From a virus (lineage: Duplodnaviria; Caudoviricetes), in IMG/VR virus record IMGVR_UViG_3300033146_002247, positions 1 through 59,178 of that record: 59,178 nucleotides of DNA, one strand, 5' to 3'. The position numbers and the translations under genes were made by a program. Below, in pieces: positions 39,654 through 50,114 of the stretch. The notes beneath the pieces were generated by a model, which saw only the letters and a list, made by a program, of their open reading frames with translations, did not search any database and was not told where the DNA came from. The first letter of the stretch is position 1. Every line of letters begins with the position of its first letter.

Positions 39654-40553
39654 ATGAGTGGACAAGATAAAATTTATCAAATGATAACTGATATAATTGT
39701 TGAAAAAATTGAAAAGTCTATTGAAAATAAAGAACCATTTAGTTGGACTAAAACTTGGGAAGGTGGACATCTTACTCCAATGAATTTAACTACTGGAAAA
39801 CCTTATACAGGTGTTAATGTTTTATTATTATCAGATAGATTCAGTAACCCATATTTCCTTACTTATAAACAATTAAAATCAATTGGTGGAAGTTTAAAAA
39901 AAGAAAAAGGAATTAAATCAACACCTATTGTATTTTGGAATACATTCGAAAAAAATAAATTCAAGAAAAATAAAACTAAAGAACAAAAGAAAAAAGATAC
40001 TGTTTGGTTTCTTAAATATTTTAATGTTTATAATGTTGAACAATGTGAAGGTATTGAACACAAAAGATTAGATGAATTAAAAACAGAAATTAAAAATACC
40101 AATAAATTTGAAAATATTGTTGAGTTTGATACAATGGTGAAAAATTACGGAATTGATATAACTCATAATGAACAAAGAGCATATTATTCACCTGGGCAAG
40201 ATTTTATCAATATGCCAATTAAAGAAAGTTTCAAATCAACAGGAAATTATTACAATACATTGGCACACGAATTAACTCATTCTACTGGACACGAGGCAAG
40301 ATTAAACAGAAAAGAAATATCTGAAATGACAATAGCTGCGAAAAATGATGGATATGCGATTGAAGAATGTGTTGCTGAGATTGGAGCTAGTTTTATGAGT
40401 ACAATATTCAATTTAAACATTTCACTTGACAATAATGTTGAATATTTAAAGGGTTGGATATATGCATTAAAAAATGATACAAAACTTTTATCTAAAGCAT
40501 CGAGCAGAGCGCAAAATGCTACTGATTATTTATTAAAATTTAAAGAGGCTTAG
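39654..40553 (+). CDS. ardC: antirestriction protein ArdC (ssDNA-binding + zincin-like domains)
   Basis: YQMITD.I, P.N..TGKPY.GVN, AYYSP..D.I.MP, HEL.HSTGH..RL.R, YA.EE.VAEIG, YL.GW. Confidence 0.92.
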   Translation: MSGQDKIYQMITDIIVEKIEKSIENKEPFSWTKTWEGGHLTPMNLTTGKPYTGVNVLLLSDRFSNPYFLTYKQLKSIGGSLKKEKGIKSTPIVFWNTFEKNKFKKNKTKEQKKKDTVWFLKYFNVYNVEQCEGIEHKRLDELKTEIKNTNKFENIVEFDTMVKNYGIDITHNEQRAYYSPGQDFINMPIKESFKSTGNYYNTLAHELTHSTGHEARLNRKEISEMTIAAKNDGYAIEECVAEIGASFMSTIFNLNISLDNNVEYLKGWIYALKNDTKLLSKASSRAQNATDYLLKFKEA

Positions 40554-41324
40554 AATGAGTGCTTTACAGTTTATAAAAAATATATTCAAAAGAACACCAA
40601 ATGTTTTCGATATGGCAAAGTTAATAAGATTTATCGTATATAAAACTGATTATTCTGAAAAGAAAACATTAGGCTTAAGTGGAACTAGATTTACTTTTAC
40701 TAAAAAATTTAAAGTACCAAATACAATTTACACAATTATTTTTAATCATTTAATCAGAGGCTCGTTGGTTGAAATTGTACAAAATGAAGAAGTTATATGT
40801 GGATATGTGGACCAAACAGAACAATGGAATTTTCCAGGTTTTGGCTTAAATGATATTGATAATAATTTAACAAAGGAACAAATGGAATGTATAATAACTG
40901 AACTTAAAAAAATTAAAAAAGGTACTTAAAATGAAAAAATATGTAATTAATGAAAATGGATATATAACTGGATATATAGACAGATATATTAATATTGAGG
41001 CAGAAAGTCAACAAGAGGCCCTAGATAAATTATCAAAATATGGCAAATGGGCATTTAATTATAGTGAAAACGTAGATACAGATGACGATTATATTGAATT
41101 TAATATTATTAAAGAAGTTGATAGTTTTGAGGACGAAGAAGTTGTAGATCCAAAAGAAAAAATAACAATATCAAAAAAAGAATACAAACAATTATTAGAG
41201 GATCAAATATTATTAAATAAATTAAAAGCTGCTGGAGTTGATAACTGGGAAGATTATCACGAAATAGACAATGATTAAATATATAAAACGATATTTTTAA
41301 CGGAATGCAATAATAAGGAATAAT

Positions 41325-42758
41325 ATGTATACATTTTCAGATGACATAATTTTCAATACGATAATAGACAAAGATTATTACGAAAAATACCAAGAATATT
41401 TAGTACCAGAAATATTTCACGACCAAAAACACAAAAAAATAATAACTACCATACAAAAGCATTTTGAAGATAATGTTTTTTTATCTTTTACTGATTTACA
41501 GATATTATTTAAAAATGAAATGAATAATAGTAATATAGCCGAACAAAGTGAATTGATAGAATATTTAAGAACAGCAGAAAAAGATTATAAATTTGGCTCA
41601 GTTACTAATGAAGTAATGAATCAAGAAACAGAAAAATATATCAAAACTGCTAGGTATAAAAACGCACTTATTAAAGGTACAGAGTATTTAGATAATACTG
41701 ATGATATGAACAAATCTTTGTCTAATATGGAAGAGGCAATTTCAGTAGACTTCAATGATGATGACATTTATGATTTTTCAGATGAAAAAAATATTAGAGA
41801 CCGTTTTAGTAAACAAGATAGTTTAAATTTAGTTAAAACTGGATTTAAACCTTTCGACGATATGATGGGTGGAGGTTTAGAAAAGAAAACATTTAATGTT
41901 ATTATGAGCCCTACAAATCACGGTAAAACTCTAACATTAGCAGCACTTGCTGCATCTTGTATAAGGTCAGGTTTAAATGTTTCAATTTTTACTATGGAAA
42001 TATCCAAGGAAAAATATGCAGAGAGAATAGATGCTAATATATTACAACAAAGCACATTTAAATTCAAATATGGTGATTCAGAACAATATATTACCAAATT
42101 ACGAGATGAAATCCAAGATGAAACAAATAATTATGGAAAACTTTTCATTAATGATAATTCATTTACTAATGTAATTACAATGAAAAAAGAATTAAAACGA
42201 ATTAAAATGAAATTTGGTTTTTACCCTGACATTATATTTTTAGATTATATTACAATTGCAAAATCTATCGTAATGAATAAAGGTAATTCAAAAACTTATG
42301 AATTGATTGCATCAATGGTTAATGAGTTCAGAGGACATATTGCAAAGGAATTTGATTTGCCTATAATGTCTGCAATGCAATCTGGTAGAGATGCAGATAA
42401 AGCAATTGAAGAGAGTGAAAAATCTGCAGGATCTGCTACTGTAGAATTATCAAGTAATAATGTATCGGGAAGTTATGATAGCGTTGCTGAGGTGGATACT
42501 TTAATATCTCAAGTTAAATCTGCAAAAATAGATAATGTTCAAACTGATAATGAAATAGATTTAATTTATACTTGGAGTTTTGCTAAGAAACGACATAGTA
42601 CAAATGTTGAATATATGAAAGTTGGTGTTAATGTTTCTAAACAAACTTTATATCCTTTAAATAATTTCAATAATGTTGAAATTGCAAATCAGAACGCAAT
42701 AGATGAAAAAGAGGCGAGGTCAATAGTTAAAGAGTCATTAATTAATTTTGATTTTTAA
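41325..42758 (+). CDS. replicative DNA helicase (T4 gp41/DnaB-like)
   Basis: TGFKPFD...GGL, SPTNHGKT, TMEIS, RIDAN, IFLDY, SAMQSGR. Confidence 0.9.
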   Translation: MYTFSDDIIFNTIIDKDYYEKYQEYLVPEIFHDQKHKKIITTIQKHFEDNVFLSFTDLQILFKNEMNNSNIAEQSELIEYLRTAEKDYKFGSVTNEVMNQETEKYIKTARYKNALIKGTEYLDNTDDMNKSLSNMEEAISVDFNDDDIYDFSDEKNIRDRFSKQDSLNLVKTGFKPFDDMMGGGLEKKTFNVIMSPTNHGKTLTLAALAASCIRSGLNVSIFTMEISKEKYAERIDANILQQSTFKFKYGDSEQYITKLRDEIQDETNNYGKLFINDNSFTNVITMKKELKRIKMKFGFYPDIIFLDYITIAKSIVMNKGNSKTYELIASMVNEFRGHIAKEFDLPIMSAMQSGRDADKAIEESEKSAGSATVELSSNNVSGSYDSVAEVDTLISQVKSAKIDNVQTDNEIDLIYTWSFAKKRHSTNVEYMKVGVNVSKQTLYPLNNFNNVEIANQNAIDEKEARSIVKESLINFDF

Positions 42759-42785
42759 ATAAATAAAAAGAAAAAAGGTTAATTA

Positions 42786-44360
42786 ATGTCAAATATATTA
42801 GAATGGTTTACTTTTAAACAAAAAGATGATAAAAATAAGGTTGAAAAAACCACTCAAATGAGTGATAACAAAAAAATCAAAGACCCAAAAGATCAAGATT
42901 CTTTAGTGGTTAGAGATGTAACAGATGAATTTAGTTGGCGAGAATTAAATTACGATATAGAAAATCGTAAACAAGATGATGCTAAATTATTATGGTTGCA
43001 ATATGCAGACAATGGAATCATAGATTTTTGTTTAGATGAAATATTAAATGAAGTTATTCCTATGGACGAAGCTAAATTTAATTTTATTTTAAATAAATCG
43101 TTATTAGAAAAAAATCACAAAGAAATAATACCAGAAATTGAACGTTCTATAACTAAAATAGTATCATACTTAGGGTTTGAAGATAATTATATACTTGAAG
43201 ATAATTTTAGAGCATTTATGACAATAGGTCAATTATTTTTCGAGAACATTTACGATAAAAAAGATCTGAAAAAAGGTATTATTTCAATGAAACCGCTTTC
43301 TCCTTTTGGAATGCTAAAAATCAAAGATGAAAAAACAGGAAAATATTACTATAAATATAAAAATAGTGATATTACAAGCGAGGAACCAAGAAAACGAATA
43401 CAATCAATGAACTCTATTTTAATTAAAAAACACAAATCTTTTGATGCTAATATATTTAAAGAAAAGAAAGATGTCTATTTAACTGAACAAATTTCAACAT
43501 GTAATACAGGTAAATACTCCGAAACATTAGGCACATATAAATCTTATATACACGGAGCAATTGCAGATGTTAATAAATTAAACTTGATTGAAGATTCGGT
43601 TGTAATTTATAGGTTGAATAAATCGGGCGATAAAACTATATTTAATGTATATACAGGGCACCTAAAACCTGCCGATCAAGAAAAATATGTTGAAAAATTA
43701 AAATTAAAATATAATCAACGCTTATACTATGATGCAAATAAAGGTGAATTACAAAATCAAAAAGATACTAGAATTTTAAATGAAAATTATTGGTTTCCAG
43801 TGGATGCTCAGGGAAATCAAACTACGATGGACACACAACAAGGTAATCAATTTTCAGTTGGTGAATTAACAGATTTAATGTATTTTAAGGATAAAATCGC
43901 AGAACACTTCAGAGTACCTCATAATAGATTGAGACACAACGAAGAGGGTGGTAGTGAATTTTCTATATTTAGTGCTAATAATATTCAGATGGATAAAAAC
44001 GATATTCGTTTTAGAAAGGCCTCACTAAGAAAATTTTTAATGTTTCAAGATTTAATTATAGATGCAGTTAAATCAGATTTGGTTATACAAGAAATTATTT
44101 CACCAGGTGATTTTGATTTACTAAGACCTTTAATTAAATTTCAACACCCTACAGAGGATAACTTTGCTAATTCTGCAGAACAAACTAGAATGGAAAATAA
44201 CAATAACATTGCAGAAAGTTTTGAAAGTGCAATTGAAAAGGGGTATATATCAAAACAATGGGTGAAAGATAATGTATATAAACAAAGTAAAGAGGTTCAA
44301 GCTCAAATAAAAAAAGAAATAGAGCAAGAAAAAAAAGAAAACCCTGACGAAGATTATTAA
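42786..44360 (+). CDS. portal protein (T4 gp20-like)
   Basis: LNLIEDSVVIYRL, FNVYTGHL, YDANKGE, ENYWFP, DLMYF..K....FRVP..RL; 524 aa. Confidence 0.92.
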   Translation: MSNILEWFTFKQKDDKNKVEKTTQMSDNKKIKDPKDQDSLVVRDVTDEFSWRELNYDIENRKQDDAKLLWLQYADNGIIDFCLDEILNEVIPMDEAKFNFILNKSLLEKNHKEIIPEIERSITKIVSYLGFEDNYILEDNFRAFMTIGQLFFENIYDKKDLKKGIISMKPLSPFGMLKIKDEKTGKYYYKYKNSDITSEEPRKRIQSMNSILIKKHKSFDANIFKEKKDVYLTEQISTCNTGKYSETLGTYKSYIHGAIADVNKLNLIEDSVVIYRLNKSGDKTIFNVYTGHLKPADQEKYVEKLKLKYNQRLYYDANKGELQNQKDTRILNENYWFPVDAQGNQTTMDTQQGNQFSVGELTDLMYFKDKIAEHFRVPHNRLRHNEEGGSEFSIFSANNIQMDKNDIRFRKASLRKFLMFQDLIIDAVKSDLVIQEIISPGDFDLLRPLIKFQHPTEDNFANSAEQTRMENNNNIAESFESAIEKGYISKQWVKDNVYKQSKEVQAQIKKEIEQEKKENPDEDY

Positions 44361-44630
44361 AATAAAAGGAGTAACAAAATGACTAATTACAAAAATGTGT
44401 TTAATGATAACGAATGTAAATTATTAGAAAAATTAGGTTTTGGTGGGAATAGGATAGAGTATAGAAAATTTGATATGATAGAAGAAAAATATTATTCTGC
44501 TAAAATGGAAAATAAAAAAATAATATTAACTAAATATGATCTTCACAAAAAATACGAAATGGATTTTACATTTAAAACGGTTAGAGAAGTATTAAATTTT
44601 GTTAACAATAAATTTAGGTTATAAATATCC

Positions 44631-44659
44631 TTGACTAATTACTCCTTTTTGGTTATATT
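44631..44659 (+). promoter_or_regulatory. early promoter overlapped by a 17-bp inverted repeat (44642-44680) that includes the RBS
   Basis: TTGACT-N17-TATATT; CTCCTTTTTGGTTATAT/ATATAACCAAAAAGGAG. Confidence 0.8.
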
Positions 44660-44740
44660 ATAGATATAACCAAAAAGGAGATGTTTGTGAAAAAGAAAAA
44701 TATAGCAATTATTGGTGGCAGAGATTTTACTGATTATAAA

Positions 44741-46095
44741 TTACAAACAAATAAAAAGAAATAAAACTAATGACTTTAACTAGAACAGAAAGACATATAA
44801 TTAAACAAAGAGATACTAATTTAGACGATTTAATGTTTAAAAGTAAGAATTTGTATAACTTTGTTAACTATATTTTGAGACAAGTTTTCTATGAAAAGTT
44901 AGAGTTAATACCTGAATATAGTGACATAGTTACTGATTTTAAATCAGTTAAATCAGGTAAAATTTACAAGACAATAAATCAATTTTCTTTGATTACTAGA
45001 CTAACTAAATTAAACCAGATTGACTTTAGAGAACTACCTAGTAATACGTCTCAACAAATAATCTTTACTTTATTTAAAAACTGGAAGTCATTTTATAAAG
45101 GTGTTTTGGCTTATAGTAAAAATCCAAAGAAGTTTAAATCTTTACCTAAAGTACCTGGGTACAAAGACAAACCCAATGGTAGAAATTTATTGGTTTTTAC
45201 TACCCAACAAGTAAAACTAAAAGATGGATTTGTACATTTTCCTAAAAAAGTAAATATATCTCCTGTTAAAACCCGAGTGAACAATCTAAAACAAGTAAGA
45301 CTTTTACCTCGATTTGGTTACTACGTTTTAGAAATAGTATACAACAAAGAAGTAAAATTAAAAAAATTAAACACTAAAAAGTATTTATCTCTTGACTTAG
45401 GTGTGAATAACTTACTTGTAACTTCAGACGGACAAATCGTCAACGGCAAGATAGTTAAGAGTATAAATGCTTATTACAATAAAACTAAAGCAAGGTTACA
45501 ATCATTACTTCCTCACAAACAATTTACTAGCAAAAAACTAGAACGAATTACTTTTAGACGAACAAATAAAATCAGTGATTATATGCACAAAACAAGTAAA
45601 TATATAGTTGATTATTGTGTCGAAAATAAAGTAGGTAATTTAGTAATTGGTTACAATAAAGGTTGGAAACAAAATGTACAAATAGGTAAAAAGAATAACC
45701 AAAATTTTGTTTCAATTCCTTATTTAAAGCTTGTACAAATGATACAATATAAAAGTGAAGAAGTAGGACTATATGTTACTTTAAATGAAGAAAGTTATAC
45801 AAGTAAGGTAGATGCTTTAGCCAAAGAACCATTAAAGTTTAGTGAAAATTATTTAGGTAAAAGAGTTAAGCGAGGACTATTTCAAAGTAGTACAGGACGA
45901 CTTTTAAATGCAGACCTAAATGGAGCACTAAATGGAGCACTAAACATACTAAGAAAAGTAATCGGTGATGGTTTTATAGACCTAGTCGATAAGAGCTGTG
46001 TCGGTCAGCCAAGGAAAGTTAGTTTTACATAAAAGTAAACTAATGGAACTAAATACTTTTATAAAAATTTATACATAATTATATAAAAGTGATCC
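44741..46095 (+). mobile_element. TnpB-only IS200/IS605/IS607-family insertion; boundaries approximate
   Basis: tnpB between two halves of a SLOG gene; right-end hairpin ACTTTTATA...TATAAAAGT. Confidence 0.72.
44770..46032 (+). CDS. tnpB: TnpB RNA-guided endonuclease (rearranged RuvC-II type, no Zn-finger Cys)
   Basis: SKNLYN, SLDLGVNN, VIGYNKGWKQ, EESYTSK, GKRVKRGLF, NADLNGA. Confidence 0.92.
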   Translation: MTLTRTERHIIKQRDTNLDDLMFKSKNLYNFVNYILRQVFYEKLELIPEYSDIVTDFKSVKSGKIYKTINQFSLITRLTKLNQIDFRELPSNTSQQIIFTLFKNWKSFYKGVLAYSKNPKKFKSLPKVPGYKDKPNGRNLLVFTTQQVKLKDGFVHFPKKVNISPVKTRVNNLKQVRLLPRFGYYVLEIVYNKEVKLKKLNTKKYLSLDLGVNNLLVTSDGQIVNGKIVKSINAYYNKTKARLQSLLPHKQFTSKKLERITFRRTNKISDYMHKTSKYIVDYCVENKVGNLVIGYNKGWKQNVQIGKKNNQNFVSIPYLKLVQMIQYKSEEVGLYVTLNEESYTSKVDALAKEPLKFSENYLGKRVKRGLFQSSTGRLLNADLNGALNGALNILRKVIGDGFIDLVDKSCVGQPRKVSFT

Positions 46096-46206
46096 GATTC
46101 AGATATAATTTTTGCTTGTTGGGGACGGAAAATCTAAAGGTACACAACATAGTATCAAATTAGCTTATAAAAATAACAAACAATTATATATTATAAAATA
46201 TTGATA

Positions 46207-46803
46207 ATGCCTAGATACAAGCACATAAAAGATTTTAAACCTTTTTTAAAAAATATACAAAAATATGTTAATGGAAAAAAAGGAATTAATGAGAAGTTGG
46301 TTTCTCGTAGTTCGTTGGAAGCCAGTTGGTTTCTAAATTTTGATTCAGATGAAAAAGTAACAAGTTGGTCTAGTGAGAATTTAATAATTTCATACAATAA
46401 GCCCATTTTTGAGATTACTCAAGATGGGCTTTTCTTTAAACATTATGAGGTTAGAAATTATTATGTAGATGTTGTATTCAAATATAATAACGGAATTACT
46501 TTTATAGGAGAAATAAAACCTTTAAGTTTTTGTTTTCCGCCAAAACCACCTAAACAAAATCGCAAAAAGTCCATTCTCAATTATTATAATGCATTACAAG
46601 ATTTTTATGTAAATAAAGCAAAATGGATTGCTGTACTAAATAAAATAAATAATAAAAAAAATTTCAAATTTGTTTTGCTTACGGAAAGTAAGATTTTAAA
46701 TTTTGACGAAAAAATGTTAGAAATATATAAAAAATTGGAAGCTGTTTATGAATTTAAAAACAACCCTTCAAAAAAGCAAAGAAAGAGTAGCGAAAAATTA
46801 TGA
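46207..46803 (+). CDS. head completion nuclease (T4 gp4-like, TnsA-type)
   Basis: RSSLE...D....V..WSSE...I.Y, R.YYVD, GEIKP, VNKAKW..., F.LLTE. Confidence 0.85.
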   Translation: MPRYKHIKDFKPFLKNIQKYVNGKKGINEKLVSRSSLEASWFLNFDSDEKVTSWSSENLIISYNKPIFEITQDGLFFKHYEVRNYYVDVVFKYNNGITFIGEIKPLSFCFPPKPPKQNRKKSILNYYNALQDFYVNKAKWIAVLNKINNKKNFKFVLLTESKILNFDEKMLEIYKKLEAVYEFKNNPSKKQRKSSEKL

Positions 46804-47260
46804 TAAATTAAAATCAAAATTTAATAAAAATTATATTGGCCACCCGACCAAATTAAAAAAAATTTTCAATCCATCTTATGCATATACAATGCAATATAAA
46901 AATCCTATTAGTAACCCACATATTTTTGATTCTACTCCACATGTTATTTTTTTAGGTTTTTCTTTGAAATATCCACATTTGGCAATAGGTATTAATTTTC
47001 ATTGGTTATCTTCATCTCATGCTACAGATATTTGGAATTGGTTATTAGATAATTATACTGATTATACTGATAACGGAGGTAACCCAGAATTTTTTAGTTT
47101 CCTTTTATATGATGAAATAAAAAGTAATCCTAAATTAAAGCCATTACAACAAGCAATAAGAGCTTATGATATTAAAAGTATATCAGGTATGAGGAAATTA
47201 ACAGAAAAAGAATTACCGAATGCAATTAAAAAATTTAAATCAAATATTAAAAGAAGGTAA
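46748..47260 (+). CDS. DNA end protector (T4 gp2-like)
   Basis: Y...Y.....FD..P.VIFL...GINFHWL...AIRAY; adjacent to gp4-like gene. Confidence 0.7.
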   Translation: MNLKTTLQKSKERVAKNYDKLKSKFNKNYIGHPTKLKKIFNPSYAYTMQYKNPISNPHIFDSTPHVIFLGFSLKYPHLAIGINFHWLSSSHATDIWNWLLDNYTDYTDNGGNPEFFSFLLYDEIKSNPKLKPLQQAIRAYDIKSISGMRKLTEKELPNAIKKFKSNIKRR

Positions 47261-47262
47261 AT

Positions 47263-48687
47263 GTGAATAAAAATATAATAGAAAACATATTTAAAAATAT
47301 TAAGCAAAATAATATTTTGTTAGAAACAATAGAAATTAAATCTTTGTATAAATATTTAAACGAAAACTTAAATAATTCATTGTTAGAGAATTTAAAAGTA
47401 GCGAAAAACATAGAAGCAGTACTAAAAGATTTTGGATTTACACTTCCTAAAGATTTTAAAGGTATTAAAGCAATTGATTATTCAGATAGTGAAAAACATT
47501 TTAACGTTACAGATGACAGGAATAGAACTCAACCAAATAATATGGGTAAAATATTAAAACAAATTTTTCCTAAATTAAACGATAAATCACAAGATAAAAT
47601 TTTAAATTACATTTTGGGTGATATTAAAGCAAAGAATAAAAAATCTAAAGTTAAATTTAAAATTCATAAAGATGTTACTAAACAATACTCTAAATGTTTA
47701 GCTGATTCATGCATGAAATATGAGTCGGAATTAATAAAAGTATATGATATAGAAAAAGATATTAATATATTAGTATTATATGATGAAAAAAATGTGTCAG
47801 TTGGTAGAGCTTTATTGTGGAGTAATACATCTAAAGGTACTTTTATGGACAGAATATATCCTGCTGAACATGATACCATTATTTCCTTATTTAATGAATA
47901 TGCAGATAAAAAGAAATGGGTCAGGCGAACTAGTAATACCGCAGGAAACCAAAACACTACAAAAGGAAATATATCATATAAATTTAAAAATTGGGACAAA
48001 ATAGAATATATGCCTTATATGGATACATTTGTTAGTGGATTTGAAGAGACTGGAATAATTACAAATTCATATAAAAACAAACCTGATTATGATTTTGAAC
48101 AAGTAAAAGGAACAAAATTACATATTTTTAAGGGCGGTGATTGGCGAGAAGGTGAATGGGACCAAGATTATGATTTTATGAAAGGAACCTGGCACGATGG
48201 CCTTTTCGATAGTTCGTATTCAGTCAAAAAAGCGACTTGGAAAAATGGAACCTTTGACGGAGCTGAGTTTTCAGAAAGTAAGTGGGAAAGGGGAATATTT
48301 AAAGATGGCATATTTATAGAAAGTATCTGGAAACACGGAACTTTTAAAGGTGGAGAGTTTAGGGAATCAGAATGGCGAAATGGAACATTTGAATTTGGCG
48401 AGATGCGAGGTTCTAATTGGCATGATGGTGTTTTTTATAACGGAGATTTTAATTTTTCAAGTTGGTATGCAGGAGATTTTAAAGGTGGAGACTTTAACAA
48501 TTCAGAGTGGAAATCAGGTAATTGGTTTGATAATGGTAGAACTAGATGGGGTAGAGGTAATAATATATGGAGTAAAAAATTTAGAAAATGGGTTGCAAGT
48601 CCAATAAACCCAATAAAATTTGCAGAATACGAAGAGGAAGCTGGCGATTTAGAAGAGTTATACGATGTGTTAAAACGATATAAATAG
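47263..48687 (+). CDS. hypothetical protein: SCM/GRALLW/MDRIY/PYMDT domain plus W/F-x-x-G pentapeptide-type repeats
   Basis: motifs read directly; about 25 five-residue repeats at the C-terminus; LLE/LNE/LLE in the N-terminal 45 aa. Confidence 0.6.
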   Translation: MNKNIIENIFKNIKQNNILLETIEIKSLYKYLNENLNNSLLENLKVAKNIEAVLKDFGFTLPKDFKGIKAIDYSDSEKHFNVTDDRNRTQPNNMGKILKQIFPKLNDKSQDKILNYILGDIKAKNKKSKVKFKIHKDVTKQYSKCLADSCMKYESELIKVYDIEKDINILVLYDEKNVSVGRALLWSNTSKGTFMDRIYPAEHDTIISLFNEYADKKKWVRRTSNTAGNQNTTKGNISYKFKNWDKIEYMPYMDTFVSGFEETGIITNSYKNKPDYDFEQVKGTKLHIFKGGDWREGEWDQDYDFMKGTWHDGLFDSSYSVKKATWKNGTFDGAEFSESKWERGIFKDGIFIESIWKHGTFKGGEFRESEWRNGTFEFGEMRGSNWHDGVFYNGDFNFSSWYAGDFKGGDFNNSEWKSGNWFDNGRTRWGRGNNIWSKKFRKWVASPINPIKFAEYEEEAGDLEELYDVLKRYK

Positions 48688-48708
48688 AAAATAAATTAAT
48701 TAAAATCA

Positions 48709-48737
48709 TTGACAAAAGAACTTTTTTTAATTATATT
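48709..48737 (+). promoter_or_regulatory. sigma70-type early promoter
   Basis: TTGACA-N17-TATATT; degenerate hairpin version. Confidence 0.8.
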
Positions 48738-49497
48738 ATAATAAAGAAAAAAAAATTAAAAAAAGGAGTAATAAAAATGACAGTAGATATTGGACAAACA
48801 TGGTACGATGAACAAGATGAAATAACAATAAAGGTAAATTCATTGGTTACAAAAATAAATAAAAACAAACAAATAAAAAAGGAAACCATCGAATTTGTTA
48901 AATGCTCAGTAATCACACCAAAGAGCGAAAGAAAATATATCTATACCAATAATAGTATAGAATATAAGATAACTGAATTTATTGATGGTTTTTTAAAATT
49001 TAAAAGTAGAGGCATTTAATGAAATATGTTAATAAAAAAATATTTATACAAGAGATTGAAGACATTTTAAAGTTACAAGAAAAAATTGAAGATATTAATG
49101 ATACAATAGGTTTAGAATTTAACCGAGGAATAGGTGAAATGTTATTAGAATTGGAATCTTTAAAGGTTGCAATATTTCAATCAAAATATAAAATTGAAGA
49201 TACTTTAGAATATTGGTTATATGATTGTTCGATGGAAGGCAAAATTGTGGTAGATTCTGGCAAACCAACTGAACAGAATTTTCCAATAGAAACACCAGAC
49301 GATATTTGGGTATATGCAAATTATTTATGGGACAATCGTACACAGGAAAAAAAGACAGCTGAACAAGAACCTAGCACTGAATTTATAGAATTATTTGAAG
49401 CGATGTTCGGGCATAAACCACAATAGACCATATATGAACCCTTAGTCAATAAAATCAGCAGTAAAGGTTCATAAGTGAACCCTTATAAGGAAATACA

Positions 49498-50112
49498 ATG
49501 TTAAAACCTAGTAACATAAATACAATTTCACAAAATAAAATGACGAATAGTGATATTTCACCAGTCGAAAATTTATTAAATAAAGAAGTTGAGGATTCCA
49601 GTGGTTCACAAACAATAAAGGAACCATCATTGGTTCCTTTATCGGATTCAAAATATGGTGATGTTATTGTTGAACAAAGAAAAGATGCCGAGGGTATGAT
49701 AGAAATTATTGATAATACCGAAAATCTAGTACGGCATTATCACATACACCCGAGCGGAACTTATATTAATATTGATAAAGATGGCAATATTATTCAGAAA
49801 ACAAGTAACGATGAAATTAAAATTATTATGAATAATAAAGAAATTTTAATTAAAGGTGATAAAATTGAAGTTATTAAAGGCGATAAAAAAGTTGGGATTG
49901 ATGGTGATATGAATATTGAGGTTGAAGGCAAAACCGAAATAACTTCTACTGGAGATATATTATTAGAATCTAAAGGAAATGTCGAGATTAAAGCAGCAGT
50001 TGACATTTTATTAAATTCATTAGATAGTAATTTATGGCATCCAAATGGATTAACTCAATGTTTATTTGCAGGTGTACCTCATAAATTAACAACTACATTA
50101 AAAGGAAGTTAA
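49498..50112 (+). CDS. baseplate central spike, gp5 C-terminal-like
   Basis: IIDNT...HYHIHPSGTYINIDKDG followed by 8-residue I.GD beta-helix repeats; CLFAGVPH apex. Confidence 0.75.
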   Translation: MLKPSNINTISQNKMTNSDISPVENLLNKEVEDSSGSQTIKEPSLVPLSDSKYGDVIVEQRKDAEGMIEIIDNTENLVRHYHIHPSGTYINIDKDGNIIQKTSNDEIKIIMNNKEILIKGDKIEVIKGDKKVGIDGDMNIEVEGKTEITSTGDILLESKGNVEIKAAVDILLNSLDSNLWHPNGLTQCLFAGVPHKLTTTLKGS

Positions 50113-50114
50113 TT

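Larger units (their letters stand above)
44687..46204 (+). pseudogene. SLOG/YspA-like (DUF2493) gene split by TnpB, middle missing, frameshifted
   Basis: 5' piece GTG 44687 MKKKNIAIIGGRDFTDYKL; 3' piece 46096-46204 DSDIIFACW, extra G, DGKSKGTQHSIKLA..NNKQLYII. Confidence 0.82.
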
